DNA of 64,000 bases from Amphiscolops sp. MND2022 (taxonomy: Eukaryota), in contig OZ076414.1 of NCBI GenBank assembly GCA_964187785.1, positions 27,652,001 through 27,716,000 of the forward strand, given 5' to 3'. The position numbers were made by a program, and so were the translations under genes. Below, in pieces: positions 13,003 to 24,205 of this stretch (its first letter is position 1; every line of letters begins with the position of its first letter). The notes beneath the pieces were generated by a model that saw only the letters and a list, made by a program, of their open reading frames with translations, searched no databases and was not told the DNA's origin.

Positions 13003-15032
13003 AAAGCAATAGAAGTTAACATCCAGTCCACAGGAGTCGCTGAGGAAGAAACCCTCTACCTACTGCCTGAAGAATGCCCCACTGAACAACAATTGTGGGA
13101 AGAAAAGGAAACATTGCGGAAAGCAGCAAAAGTAGAAACCCATAACGACCCAGAAAACGAAGTCTCAGAACTTCAAAGTTTTCATAGACCCACAGCCGGT
13201 ACAATCGACTATAGAGAAGGTCACTTCAAAGACAACGCAACAACAACGCTTAGAACAAAACAATGATCAAGTACTACGCAACCTTCGACATAAAATTGAA
13301 GGTGAACCATATGACGAAACCGAATTCACCCAAGATTATCGATACAAACATTACCTACAAAAAATAATGAGAATCGAAATTCGACAGGATGTCCTAACAA
13401 GAAAATACTACAACGACACAGGTATGATATCACATTACCGAATTCTTTTACCCAAACAACTCCCAGACGAATTCCTACATGCTCTCCATGGGCATAATGC
13501 AAACCACCTAGGCATCACAAAGATGATCCAAGAAACACGACAAAAATACTACTACCCATGCATTGCCAAATACATTCGAACTTGGGTCACGAAATGCCAA
13601 ATGTGCATACAAAACAAACGGATCAATAATGACCTCCTCAAAACTGAACTACTTAATTGTCCTGAATGGGACCTAGGTGCTGAGGATATATTGCAAATGG
13701 ATATTCTCCAGAACCTACCCCCAAGTGGAGGTTATGACAATTTCATCACAGCAATAGACGTCTTTTCACGATATCTGTTCGCATATCTAGTCACAAGAAT
13801 CACTGCCCCAGCAGTTGCAAGAGTTATCATGGACATTTTATGTAAACATAGATACCTGCCCACAACAATCATCACCGATATGGGGACACAATTCAATTCC
13901 CATGTTACAAAAGAAGTAGCCGCAGTCCTAAATATAGAACTGAAACATGCCACAACGAAACACGCCCAAACAATTGGACTGTTAGAACGCACTCATGCAT
14001 CAGTCAAAACACACCTTAAGGCCGCCACTCGAGAATTCAGGAATAATTGGCACAAGTTTCTACCATTGGCAGTCTTAAACCATAACACAACGTACCATGC
14101 GACACTCGGTTGCGAGCCTACAAGAGTCTTCCACGGACGAATTCCACATAATATATTGGATTTTAAACTTCGGTATAACCCAAATCCCCGATATCAACCC
14201 CAATCTGAAGTAGCAGAATAAGTTCAAAGACGAATTGCACTACTTCATGATCAGACGAAGAAAAACAGAATGCAATCGTACCTTAAATATAAGGCATACT
14301 ACGATAGGAAAGCAAAAGCAGCACCTCACAACAGAGGACTACTGTTTTATTCTCAACCCAAAAGCCGACACACAAGCGACAAAAATACCCTTCCGTGAAT
14401 TCCGCTGGGTTGGCCATTATAAGGTCGAAAAAGTCCTACCGAACAACAACTACATTGTTCGTAGATTGGGCACAAATAAAACTCAACTGTTACATCGTAT
14501 TCGACTACGAATATACATTCCGCAAACTCCTCTAGCAGATAATTTCGTCAGGGAAACCGAATGGCAAAAAGAATATACAATTACTGCCCAAGACGACTTA
14601 TATACCTATACTTGGGATACTAATTTCGGAGGAAGCCCATTTGATTCTGAGCAGGAAACTCATGATCAAGAAGACGACATAGTTGAATAAGAGACTACTT
14701 CTCAACCTGAAATATACCGCCCACACGCCCGCGATAATTTCAAAAACAGTGGGGGGACCCCAGCAGAACAACCTGCTGTGAATGACGAAGAACCCCAAAT
14801 ACTAGGAAAAAACCCCTTCAGATAGTGAAAGATAGTGAAAACCATGAATCCATTCCAGAAAATTCAAGAAATCCAGAAACTTCCCAAGATTTCCCTTCCC
14901 AAAATTCCCCAGGAAGTCCCGAAAATAACCCAGAAATTGATGCACAAGACACAGAAGTTATTAATATAAGAGGTGAAAAATACAACTCACGCCCAAACCC
15001 TAACCCCAACTACTCAGACTCATACAGATATA
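13003..15032 (+). pseudogene. pol: Gypsy pol 3' part: RNase H tether, integrase (open 13367-14221), GPY/F-like tail
   Basis: HHCC finger LHALHGHNANHLG...CQMC; core QMDIL / ITDMGTQF / LLERTHASVK; FRWVGHYKVEKVLPNNNYIVRR; ends RPNPNPNYSDSYRY. Confidence 0.95.
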
Positions 15033-16984
15033 AAAGAACAAATCAAGAGACTCCAAAAACTTTAACTAAATACAACTCTCATTCATCTTTTCTTGTCAGT
15101 TTTCATTCGTTTTCTTTCCACTGACGTTCCCTTACTGACATTTAATTTACCCAACAAAAGTTGGAGAATACAAACTGAAGGTACGTCACAATAAAAACAC
15201 CAAACCAGGTGTAATCAACCTGATTTTGGGGAATAAATAATGTACAAATCAGAGAAGACATGGAATAAATACGGAGTATATAAACACAACACAAATTTTA
15301 AATAAATCTAAAAGAAAATCGAAAACAGGTATCTCATTTCCCTCCAGAATTCTTCTTCTTGATCGTTATCTTCTTTACAAACTTAGTCTCTGTCGGAGGA
15401 AAGGGAATTTCACCAATTACACGAGGAACAGAAAGAGTTGCCGTAGCCAAATCTGGCATCTGATCAACAGGGACAGAAGTACTTGGCCCAGCCCGAATGG
15501 GAGACAATTTGGCAAACTTTCCAGACTTTCCAACTGAAGGACTGACAGTGGTACTCGCTGACTTGGGGACTGAATCAATACAAGTCCATAACCGCTCTTC
15601 TTCTGTGATGGTGCAAGTGTATCGGGAATCGAGCCGATTAAATAATCGCAGACGTCGTCCCGAACAGCTGGAAGTGACGTCCCACACAGAGAAATCAGGG
15701 CCCTCGAGCAAAGCCTTTTCTCTACCGAGCAAGAAGATTGGTGCAATATTACGAGGATTGTTGAAGAGCCCGGTCACATTTGGAATACCTGACAGGGAAG
15801 ATTGTACAGTATGTACGCAAGATTCAAATTCGTCCAAATTGGAAGACAATTCAGGCAAAACAATGGAGAATGTGGGAGGAGCTTTACTAACATCCACCGA
15901 ACTAAAGCAGCATAGCTTGAAGACAGTATGGAGGTTTTCCCGGCAATGAAGTTCGTAAAACCCCGACAAGAAAGAAACCCAGTCCTCATCATAACTGACA
16001 TCATTGCTGCGGAATTTCTCGTTGAACGAGCAGTATTCACTAAGAACAAGAGGTTTAGCGGAGTTGGGTATCCACTGGTACCGAGACAAATAGTCGCATA
16101 ATTGTTCACACTCGTAACGGTAATTCGCTTCCTCGCCATGACGGATGACACTTTCGTCAAAGATTGACATACCTCGTATGAGCTTTGACTTTCGTATGCT
16201 GTGTTTCAAAAGAAGACTGCAAAAGTGTTTGAAGAAACAGACTGCTTGCTCTACAAAATGTGTGGGAGTGGGGATCTCTGCTCTTGCCACGAGGTTTGCA
16301 AAATCTTTGTCTCTGAGGAATTCAGTAGGCCCTTTTAAAGGAAGGTCAGCTGATGTCAAATCGATGGACAAGAACTTATCCCAGTTAGAAATGTCCCCGA
16401 GGAAGGAAGTAGGGAGGATAGAATTCAATTGACTGTAATTAAAAGTAGCATGGGCACTGTACTGCCGAAAACCGTCACCAGCAACTCCGAAGACATCTTT
16501 GAAAGCAGATTGATCTGATCACAACCAGAATATACCGTTTGGAAAGCGACTAAGAACGAAGTGAAACAGAAGAGAACTAACAATGAAGTAGGACTTTAAG
16601 AAGAGTTTCGCGGGATAAGTTTTGGCCTTGTAAAAGGTCTCATCGAGACTTTTTGGCTGAAAGAACAAACGATTGAGCAAAAAAAGGAAAGGCAGAAAAT
16701 GAACCAATAAATCGGAAATCACATCTTTCATATGATATTTGAAGGCTTTAGCCCGATCAGCGAGACGGAGATGAGCGATCACATTGTTCCAGTTCTTGTA
16801 CAACTGCTCAAGCAGGATGATGGAGCTTCGAAGGTCGAAATCAAGATTACTGGTCGCCGAAACAAAACGGAAAATGAAAACAAACACAAATTGATGCCGT
16901 TAAGGAAGCATAAAAGAACAAATTATGATGCAGTATACCGAATTCACAACTCAGCATAAGAAAGTACACGGCATGCAGCATAAA

Positions 16985-17491
16985 TAATACCGATTATGCG
17001 GTTTCTATGAGAAAGCTGCATACAAGAAAACATTATGCGGTTTTCAGGAGAAAACAGCATAGAAGAAAACATTATACGGTTTTCAAAAGAAAACAGCATA
17101 GAAGAAAACATTATGCGGTTTTCAGGAGAAAACAGCATAGAAGAAACCATTATGCGGTTTTCAGGAGAAAACAGCATAAAAGAAAACATCATGCGGTTTT
17201 CAGGAGAAAACAGCATAGAAGAAACCATTATGCGGTTTTCAGGAGAAAACAGCATAGAAGAAAACATTATGCGGTTTTCAAGAGAAAAAGCATGGAAGAA
17301 ATCAGTATGCGGTTTTCAGGAGAAAACACCATAGAACAAACCATTATGCGCTTTTCAAGAGAAATTAGAATAGAAGAGACCATTATGCGTTTTTCAGAAG
17401 GAAATAGCATAAAAGAGTCGTTCATACTGTTTTCAGAGGAAAACAGTATAAAGAGACGATCATGCGGTTTTTCGGGGAAACAGCATGATGT
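16985..17491. repeat. 39-bp minisatellite, about 13 copies, each with a 28-nt near-perfect hairpin
   Basis: Unit CATTATGCGGTTTTCAGGAGAAAACAGCATAGAAGAAAA; TATGCGGTTTTC pairs with GAAAACAGCATA at 11 of 12 positions around an AGGA loop. Confidence 0.97.
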
Positions 17492-18150
17492 TAAAGAGGA
17501 ATGAACGACAAAGCGCGGAGTGACTATTATACGAGAATATGCCGTTTTGTTTTACAGCATATGATCTATATAGTATGGGTTAAAAGACATCAAGAATGGG
17601 AATCTACAACGATAGTTCAGAACAAAAGCGTTGTTATGAAACGACATCTTAAAAGTGAAATTACCTTGCGCAACTCAGGAAGATTAGAGAGCCAATCTGA
17701 GTCGAGAGAGGAAAGGAGTTTCATAAGGAGGAATTGGATAACACTGCGAAAATCGTATCGGTCTAAGATTTTGATGGTGGGTCCAGCCAGTGTCTCATAA
17801 AGTTCCACATAACTGAAGTTAGGGACAATGCAAATTTCGGGTGACTGTTGAAATTCTGTAACAATAGCATTGGATGACCGAGCGTCGAACCCGAGCAAGG
17901 CATAAATCCTTGGGTTTTTGGAAGAGGTGGCTAAGAACGAGGAAACAACTTCCAAAGTTTTCCGTGCTGTTAATAAGCTGGTGGGATACTTGCAAAGGGG
18001 AAGGCGATTAAACACGTTTCCGGTCCAGAACGTTACGACTACAATGGTGCGATGATTTGAAACTTGGAGCTGGAGTGAACAATGCCCAGACATGTCTGCT
18101 GACGAAGTGGAGTATGATACGAGCTCACGAAACATGTAGGTCACAATTCC

Positions 18151-18217
18151 CTGTAACAACAAATATTACAAACAACAATTAAAATATAATAAGAAAGTGG
18201 AAAAGAGAGCCACTCAC
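18151..18217 (-). other. 67-nt GT-AG intron
   Basis: Donor GTGAGT, U-rich body, acceptor TTACAG; removal gives in-frame ...PERIF/GIVTYMF... Confidence 0.85.
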
Positions 18218-20385
18218 AAAGATCCGTTCAGGATTCCAATTGTATTGTGGGACTTTGGCTGGGCCGCGAACCTCAAGTCCAAGATTGGTCCAGAGAGAAA
18301 TCTGAAGCGCTGACAGTAAAATGCGGATTTGGGAACAAACCACAGTTGAAGGATCGAACTCAGCAGTGTCAGCGGGTAGTTTTCTCTGGCCAGGCATTAA
18401 GTAACATTCGCCGAGTACGGGCGCAATTGGCAACTCTTGTTCTGCTTTTGCTCTTGCATCCTCCGAAGCCGGACCATTTAGTTCCAACTCGTTTGAATCA
18501 AATAGAGGCAACCCGGGTGTTTCCATTCGAATTCGATGCTCCCTCGTCAAATGAGCATCAGTCCGGTAGTGTGAGAGGATTTCTAAAGACCCTTTCGTCT
18601 TAAGGGATAGTTCCAAATGGCAAACTCTGCAGCGCCATTTGTGTGGGTTTTTCTCACTATCAATTGGTTCGGTGACAAAGAATCTGAACACAGGGTGCTT
18701 GCGAAACATCTGAAGGTTCAATTGTAACCTGGGCCGCGGTCGTTTCTGAGTGACAAATTGGTCCTCTGGAGGACTTGAAGGTGATTTGTTTACCCTAGCT
18801 TCAGCAGGCGTTTTCCCTCTTCGCCTCTTCATGGGCGTTACAGTAGGATCCCTTGGCCCAGTGCTTGTACTCGCTACTAAGTTTGGTAAACCACCTTCGG
18901 GTGAATTAGCTTCAGGAGTTGGGGCAATCTGATCGGAGACAGTGGTTGGATTGGCAATGTGAGCCAACAATCGTGAACTAATGGTGGTAGTAGCTTCGGC
19001 AACTAAAACTTCCAATTTCCGCTCAAGAGCAAGTAAATCAGTACTGGTGGCGTAATTAATAGTAGTCGGAAGTGAAGTCTCAAGAGGTGTAGATTGGACC
19101 AAAGTCCTTTCCTCTGCTTGGTCATGCGCCGAATTACCTTGGGTTTCCTCAAGAAATTTGGAAAAAGGAGATGTGCAAGTTCTCTCAGCTGCAGTATCCG
19201 GTAAAGAATCACCCACGAGATTTAGATCAGAGTGCCCATGCTCTTCAGTGAGCGGTTGGTTGGTGCCTTGAGCAACATCTTGCTCATTTTCAGACTCATT
19301 AAGCAATCGAGAAACAGAATTGTCCTGAGGGGCAGTGAGACCAGAGGAGCCCAATAGTGCAGACACGTTGACAACAGTTTCCATGCTCCGATTGAAAGAA
19401 AGCTTGACACCAGCATTCGACGGCTTGGTCAGATTCTTCAAAAACTTGCAAATTGTGCTCTGGTGTGGATTGACTTTGAGGCTCAATGAATGGAACGAGT
19501 TCGGTTAAATTGTGGACAACAGGTGGATTTTCGCCCGATTCACGAGGATTGAGAGGAGCTGAAGCATGGAAACAAAGTCAGAAATACAGGAAATTGAATC
19601 TGTCAGAAACGGAAGTTGTCTGATTAAAACTGAAAGCCTGATCATTTTTCACTTCAAATTCGAATGAGCTCAGAAAAATTTGTTCATCATTTATGACAGA
19701 AAATCCGAAAACGGACCTGTGATTCAATGATGAAATACAACGAAACCGTTCATTGCTTCAAAAGGGGGAATAAAAACTTTTCTTGAAAGAGGTGAATGAA
19801 AACGAAACACTTGAATAGTTTCTTCATTAAAAAATGTTAGAATCTAGTTAAAAGAACAAACCTTGTGTTGGCTCCTTGAAGTCTTGACCTTGGGTGGACA
19901 TCTCTGCCATTGACGGGCTAAATCCACGAGGGCGAGGCAAAAACGAAGGCAGATAACTGAACGGAAATGGTGTAGAAAGATGATGAATTACTGAAAGTAT
20001 ATAGAGGAACAAGGATATTGGACGAATACGTAACGGAATGTGTAACTCAACTAAGTGAAGACAGAACGTGGAGAATTGTAATGAAAGACTGACAGGATAA
20101 CTTGGATAGACTATAGACTCTGGAAACTTTGATGAGTAGAAACAATTGTTAAATCCAAAAACAAATGAAATGAAATGATCAAAGAAGGCGTGGCGATTGA
20201 TACAAAGGCAATAAAGCAGATGAATGACGTCAGATAATGGCTTTTGCTATATATCTTAAATCTGATTGGTCGAGACAGATTGTACTCAGTTTGATCATTT
20301 CTGCCAGAATGAGCAAATTGGAGAAGTACATTCCCTTATATGGTCACTAATTGTTTGCACAAGCTAACACAAATACAACACACAA

Positions 20386-20672
20386 AAGAGTGGACACTAT
20401 ACGGATCTGCTTGAGAAACAGCATAATCGTACTATGCGGATTTCACCACAAAACAGTATAGCCTCTTGTTCGTTACGCAGATTCACAGACAAGAACGATT
20501 GAGTTACATTATGCGGATCTCTATTAAAAACAGCTTAATAGTCCAGCACCCAAGTGAAGAATACGTAACACGGATTAGCTGAATGACAGCGCGAACGAGG
20601 AATGTGATATGCAGGAAACACAGTGAAACAGCATAAAGAACTTATGCAGAAATAAATGGAAAACAGCATAAT
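20386..20672. repeat. Cluster of TATGC(G/A)G-N14-CAGCATA dyads
   Basis: At least four full dyads with 14-nt, sequence-variable spacers, plus isolated half-sites. Confidence 0.85.
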
Positions 20673-21266
20673 GAAATAGTAAAGTTAATGAGTGAATTTA
20701 TGATGTAATATGATGTTTTCTGTACGCAGTATGTGATGCAGGTTACTACTAAAGGTGCTGTATTAAATACAATGCTATCAACATTGAGTGAATGGAAACT
20801 CACACTATGAACGAAATGAGTCACACATTGTAGTGTGAAGACTTTTCACACCATAAACCTGAATGAAATATGACTACCATATAATTATGATTATGAGTAA
20901 TTAAAATTGGTTTACCCTATATGAGCTGGCAATCGTCGGTTTATGAAAGGCTTTAAAGAAGAATTACCGAAGACCGATGATTATTTATGACCAATTAACA
21001 TAACTTGATGATGCTATTTTTCCCTAAATAGTCGATGGCTATCAGAGAAATCCGGGAAATGGGCAATTCAAAATATGTGTTGAAGCAATTTATAAGAAAA
21101 CCCCCATAATCTTATAAAAATCTAGAAAACCTTGCCATTGTGGTCTAATCCTTACAAAAAACAGTTGCCTATACTTCGTCGAAACCTCAACAGTTCGTAA
21201 TTTGAATTTGTAAAATAATTCGAACTTACAACATCATCCTGAAGATCGAAGGACAATCAACACAAA

Positions 21267-22229
21267 ATGTTCAGCACACCTGTGACAGCCACTAACAGTG
21301 CAAGAGCACCGATGATCACGAGCCCTACTTTGGAATTGGTGAACATTTCGAGCAGCTCGGGGGAAGAATTTGAAGTAGAGCACTTGTCTCTTCCTGAATT
21401 GGAGGACAGGTTCAGGATAGCCCCTAACATGGCCAGCGACATGCCGACAGCATTTATGGGGGCAGCTGGAGCAACCCTGTTCGTCCAGAACAACAACTCA
21501 GGAGTCGATACAGAACACATAGTGGACACGAGAGGTTCAGTCATCGAGAGCGAACTGATGGATTTGTTAGACGAAGTCTCTGAAATCTCATCATTAACAT
21601 TTATTGGTTCCTCAGAAGCTGAAGCAGATCCATTTTTCGGGGCAAACTTCGCCAACGTAGAAAGAAATTCTTATGGCCGCCCAGTACAACGAGTTCAACC
21701 AAACATCAGACAATCGCAGACAGCGGGATCAAACACTAACCCCCCGGTTGTCCCCAGTCAAAATAGTTCGTTCACCACCGTCATACCCACTTCCCGGTGG
21801 GCCCAAGAACCAACAACACATTCACTGCCACAAGCCAATTATCTCCCAATGCCAGTACCATTTTACCCTAACAATTGGAACAATGTGAGGAGTGGCCGGC
21901 ATGACCATAATGTGCAAATGTCTGCAACATACCACAATGCTCAGAATACAACCTTCGCAAACTACCAACCTATTTTACAAATGAACCCTTCCGTGATGCC
22001 TGAAGTGGCTGGATACTGTCCCGGATGCTCGAAGACATACGACCAGATAGCGGTGGAGACTCTCACCAACTATGTGGCGTGGTCAGAGTATCCCGAAGAG
22101 ACGATCCGCGACCGCAATGTCCGATCAAGTGCATTTGTAGATGGGTTTGGAGCAGCGCTGATCTGCTTCGAAAAGGCTGGACTGTCGCCGTGTTTCCCCT
22201 GCGAGATGTTCGGCGTGCAGCACCGATGA
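21267..22229 (+). CDS. Uninterrupted 320-aa orphan ORF in the Gypsy 3' region
   Basis: ATG to TGA open frame; acidic/low-complexity N-terminus, P/N/Q-rich middle, Cys motifs YCPGC and PCFPC near the C-terminus; no recognisable family. Confidence 0.6.
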   Translation: MFSTPVTATNSARAPMITSPTLELVNISSSSGEEFEVEHLSLPELEDRFRIAPNMASDMPTAFMGAAGATLFVQNNNSGVDTEHIVDTRGSVIESELMDLLDEVSEISSLTFIGSSEAEADPFFGANFANVERNSYGRPVQRVQPNIRQSQTAGSNTNPPVVPSQNSSFTTVIPTSRWAQEPTTHSLPQANYLPMPVPFYPNNWNNVRSGRHDHNVQMSATYHNAQNTTFANYQPILQMNPSVMPEVAGYCPGCSKTYDQIAVETLTNYVAWSEYPEETIRDRNVRSSAFVDGFGAALICFEKAGLSPCFPCEMFGVQHR

Positions 22230-22630
22230 GCAGTTCAGCCTTCTCCCCCATACATTGTGGGACCCGAGATTTCAACTCTAAGTGTCATCAGAGCCATAAA
22301 CTTTAAAGACTTTTTAACTCTTCGTGAACCGAGATAGTTGTTTTGAATGTTCGTTTTCGTTGCTATTTTCCTCGCCATTTTTTGAAGTTATAGTGTTAGT
22401 TGATGTCAATTTGTACGGCTTGATGCCTCTGTTGATTTGATTAAAACAACGATAAAATCGTCGATAAAACAAAAGAAAAAAAAACATTGACTAAATAAAT
22501 AAGTCTCTAGTGATAATGTTACTAGTTGACCTGAACCAAACCCTTATCTTTTACTCCTCAGTTTACCTTAGAATATTGTACTGCAGTTTACTGTAGTCCT
22601 TTCAAGAAGATAAAGCATTTATAGTTTAAA

Positions 22631-23103
22631 TATGCGGAAAGTGCATACAAACAGCATGATGAATCACACATAAAACAGCATAGTGGGATCATATGTTCTT
22701 TTACCAACAAATCATAATGCTTTATGCAGTTCCTACTAAACAGCATTTGCGGCTTTAGCAATAAAACAGCATAATGACTACATATGTGAGCATGTTTATA
22801 CTTCTTGCCGCATTATGCGGAAATCTCCTAAAAACATCATAATGACTACATATGTGTGCATGTTTATACTTCTTGCCGCATTATGCGGAACTCCCACAAA
22901 AACAGCATAACGGATACGTTTGTGCGCATATTTATGCTCCTTCGCGCTTTATGCGGAAACTCATAAAAAACAGCATGATGTTTAATTCATTGTCAGCATA
23001 ATGAACACCAGCAGAACTGTGCTGATGTATTATACAGCGTTATACGGTTCTTATAAAACAGCATAAATGCCGATATGCGGGTAAAACATCATATTCCGCA
23101 TAT
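22631..23103. repeat. Third dyad cluster, including a ~68-bp x3 tandem unit, just upstream of the 3' LTR
   Basis: Five N14 dyads, two N11 variants, and a perfect terminal dyad ATATGCGG-N15-CCGCATAT (23073-23103). Confidence 0.88.
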
Positions 23104-23157
23104 TGTTTTCACTTTAGTTCACCAACGTTATGATGCTATATTTAGACCTTCTAGGGA

Positions 23158-24025
23158 TGTGATGTCATGATCTAATTTTAACTCCCTACCCTAGAAACAT
23201 GACGTAAGGATGATTTTCATGAAAATGCTTGTCATGGTACTAAAAATATCATCCAATAGAATCATTTGAGAAACACCCAGAAAAAACTACTTTTCCCTAC
23301 ATTCATTCAACTAAAAACACGCACAGAATACAGTCACTCAAACCTGCAAATCCTTCTCATCATTTTCAAAACTCGCAGTTTCTTCTCTGTAATGATAACT
23401 ACTAGTTTTCAATTCAACAATATCTTTGGAAATCAAAGATTCTCCTCAACCAAAACTGTTTTCAAAATAGGAAATAGGAGAAACAGGCGTACATGAAGGA
23501 CAGAGTCTCAGTCTCCAGACAGAGATGAGAATACATCAGAAACGAGTTTTACACGAAGTAATGTGAATTTAACTAATGTTTCTGAAAATGTTAATAACGT
23601 TTTTGACAGGAACTTAGTCAGTGAAATAACAGAGCCTTCTCAAATAAGCAACGAGATGGAAGTGATATCACAAAGATTGGCAGAGCAAAAAAACAGTAAA
23701 ATGACACAGATTGAGGAGCAGTTAAATAACAAGCGTGAAGAAATACTCAAAGAGATTAGAACAAACAGAAACTATAATATAACAACTGATGAAGAGGATG
23801 TTGAGAGAAGCCAACCTGGTCCTTCTAACTCAAAAAATAGGAGTCTCAGGAACAGACACACATCAAATACAACAATAGACAGAGACAAAAATCAGGATGA
23901 TTGGTTTTACCCATCCGAAATGAGCGAACTAAGACAACCATACACTCCACTTGGAATTGCTAATGGAACCTTAGATGAGACCATCTTAATAAATGAAAAC
24001 AGACAGGAAAATGCCGATCATCACA
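23158..24025 (+). mobile_element. LTR, 868 bp (3' LTR of the 12831 element)
   Basis: Perfect 6-bp inverted termini TGTGAT...ATCACA; internal RNRRNRR...SQSPDRD ORF remnant running to the LTR end. Confidence 0.82.
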
Positions 24026-24205
24026 AGCCCGAAGTTACTAGAGTTGTTAGAACAAAAATGCAAGGAATGGAAAATTTCCTTTTATTGAAAAACAGGGAAC
24101 ACAATTGCCACGCTTTATTTACTGTCGGAGAAATCTTAGGAAACATGGACTTTGTAGAGTCCATGATTGATATTGTCTCACTACGATTTAACTACGATAA
24201 GGGTG

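Larger units (their letters stand above)
15334..19486 (-). pseudogene. Spliced BED-zinc-finger / hAT-transposase-like gene, antisense to pol, with a few disabling lesions
   Basis: BED-like WRCRVC...SHYRTDAH (about 18550-18645); phase-0 intron joins ORFs 18179-19486 and 17617-18162; ORFs 16519-16887 and 15334-16428 share one frame separated by a single TGA; hAT-like motifs LLNRLFFQ, RGMSIFD...CEQL...SEYCSF...ENLHTVFKLC. Confidence 0.62.
12831..24025 (+). mobile_element. 5'-rearranged Ty3/Gypsy element with a large 3' accessory region and 3' LTR
   Basis: Integrase, 3' cargo and LTR are contiguous; starts TG and ends CA; AGCCC flanks both sides (12826-12830, 24026-24030); the 5' end is patched with copies of its own internal sequence. 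Confidence 0.72.

Noticed and set aside
17007-17504. Repetitive ORFs such as (MRFSGENSIEENI)n, and a CRISPR-like look
   Set aside because: The frames are by-products of a 39-bp unit; there are no unique spacers or cas genes, and the context is eukaryotic.
21267-22229. env gene
   Set aside because: Position fits, but no signal peptide, furin site or transmembrane anchor is evident.
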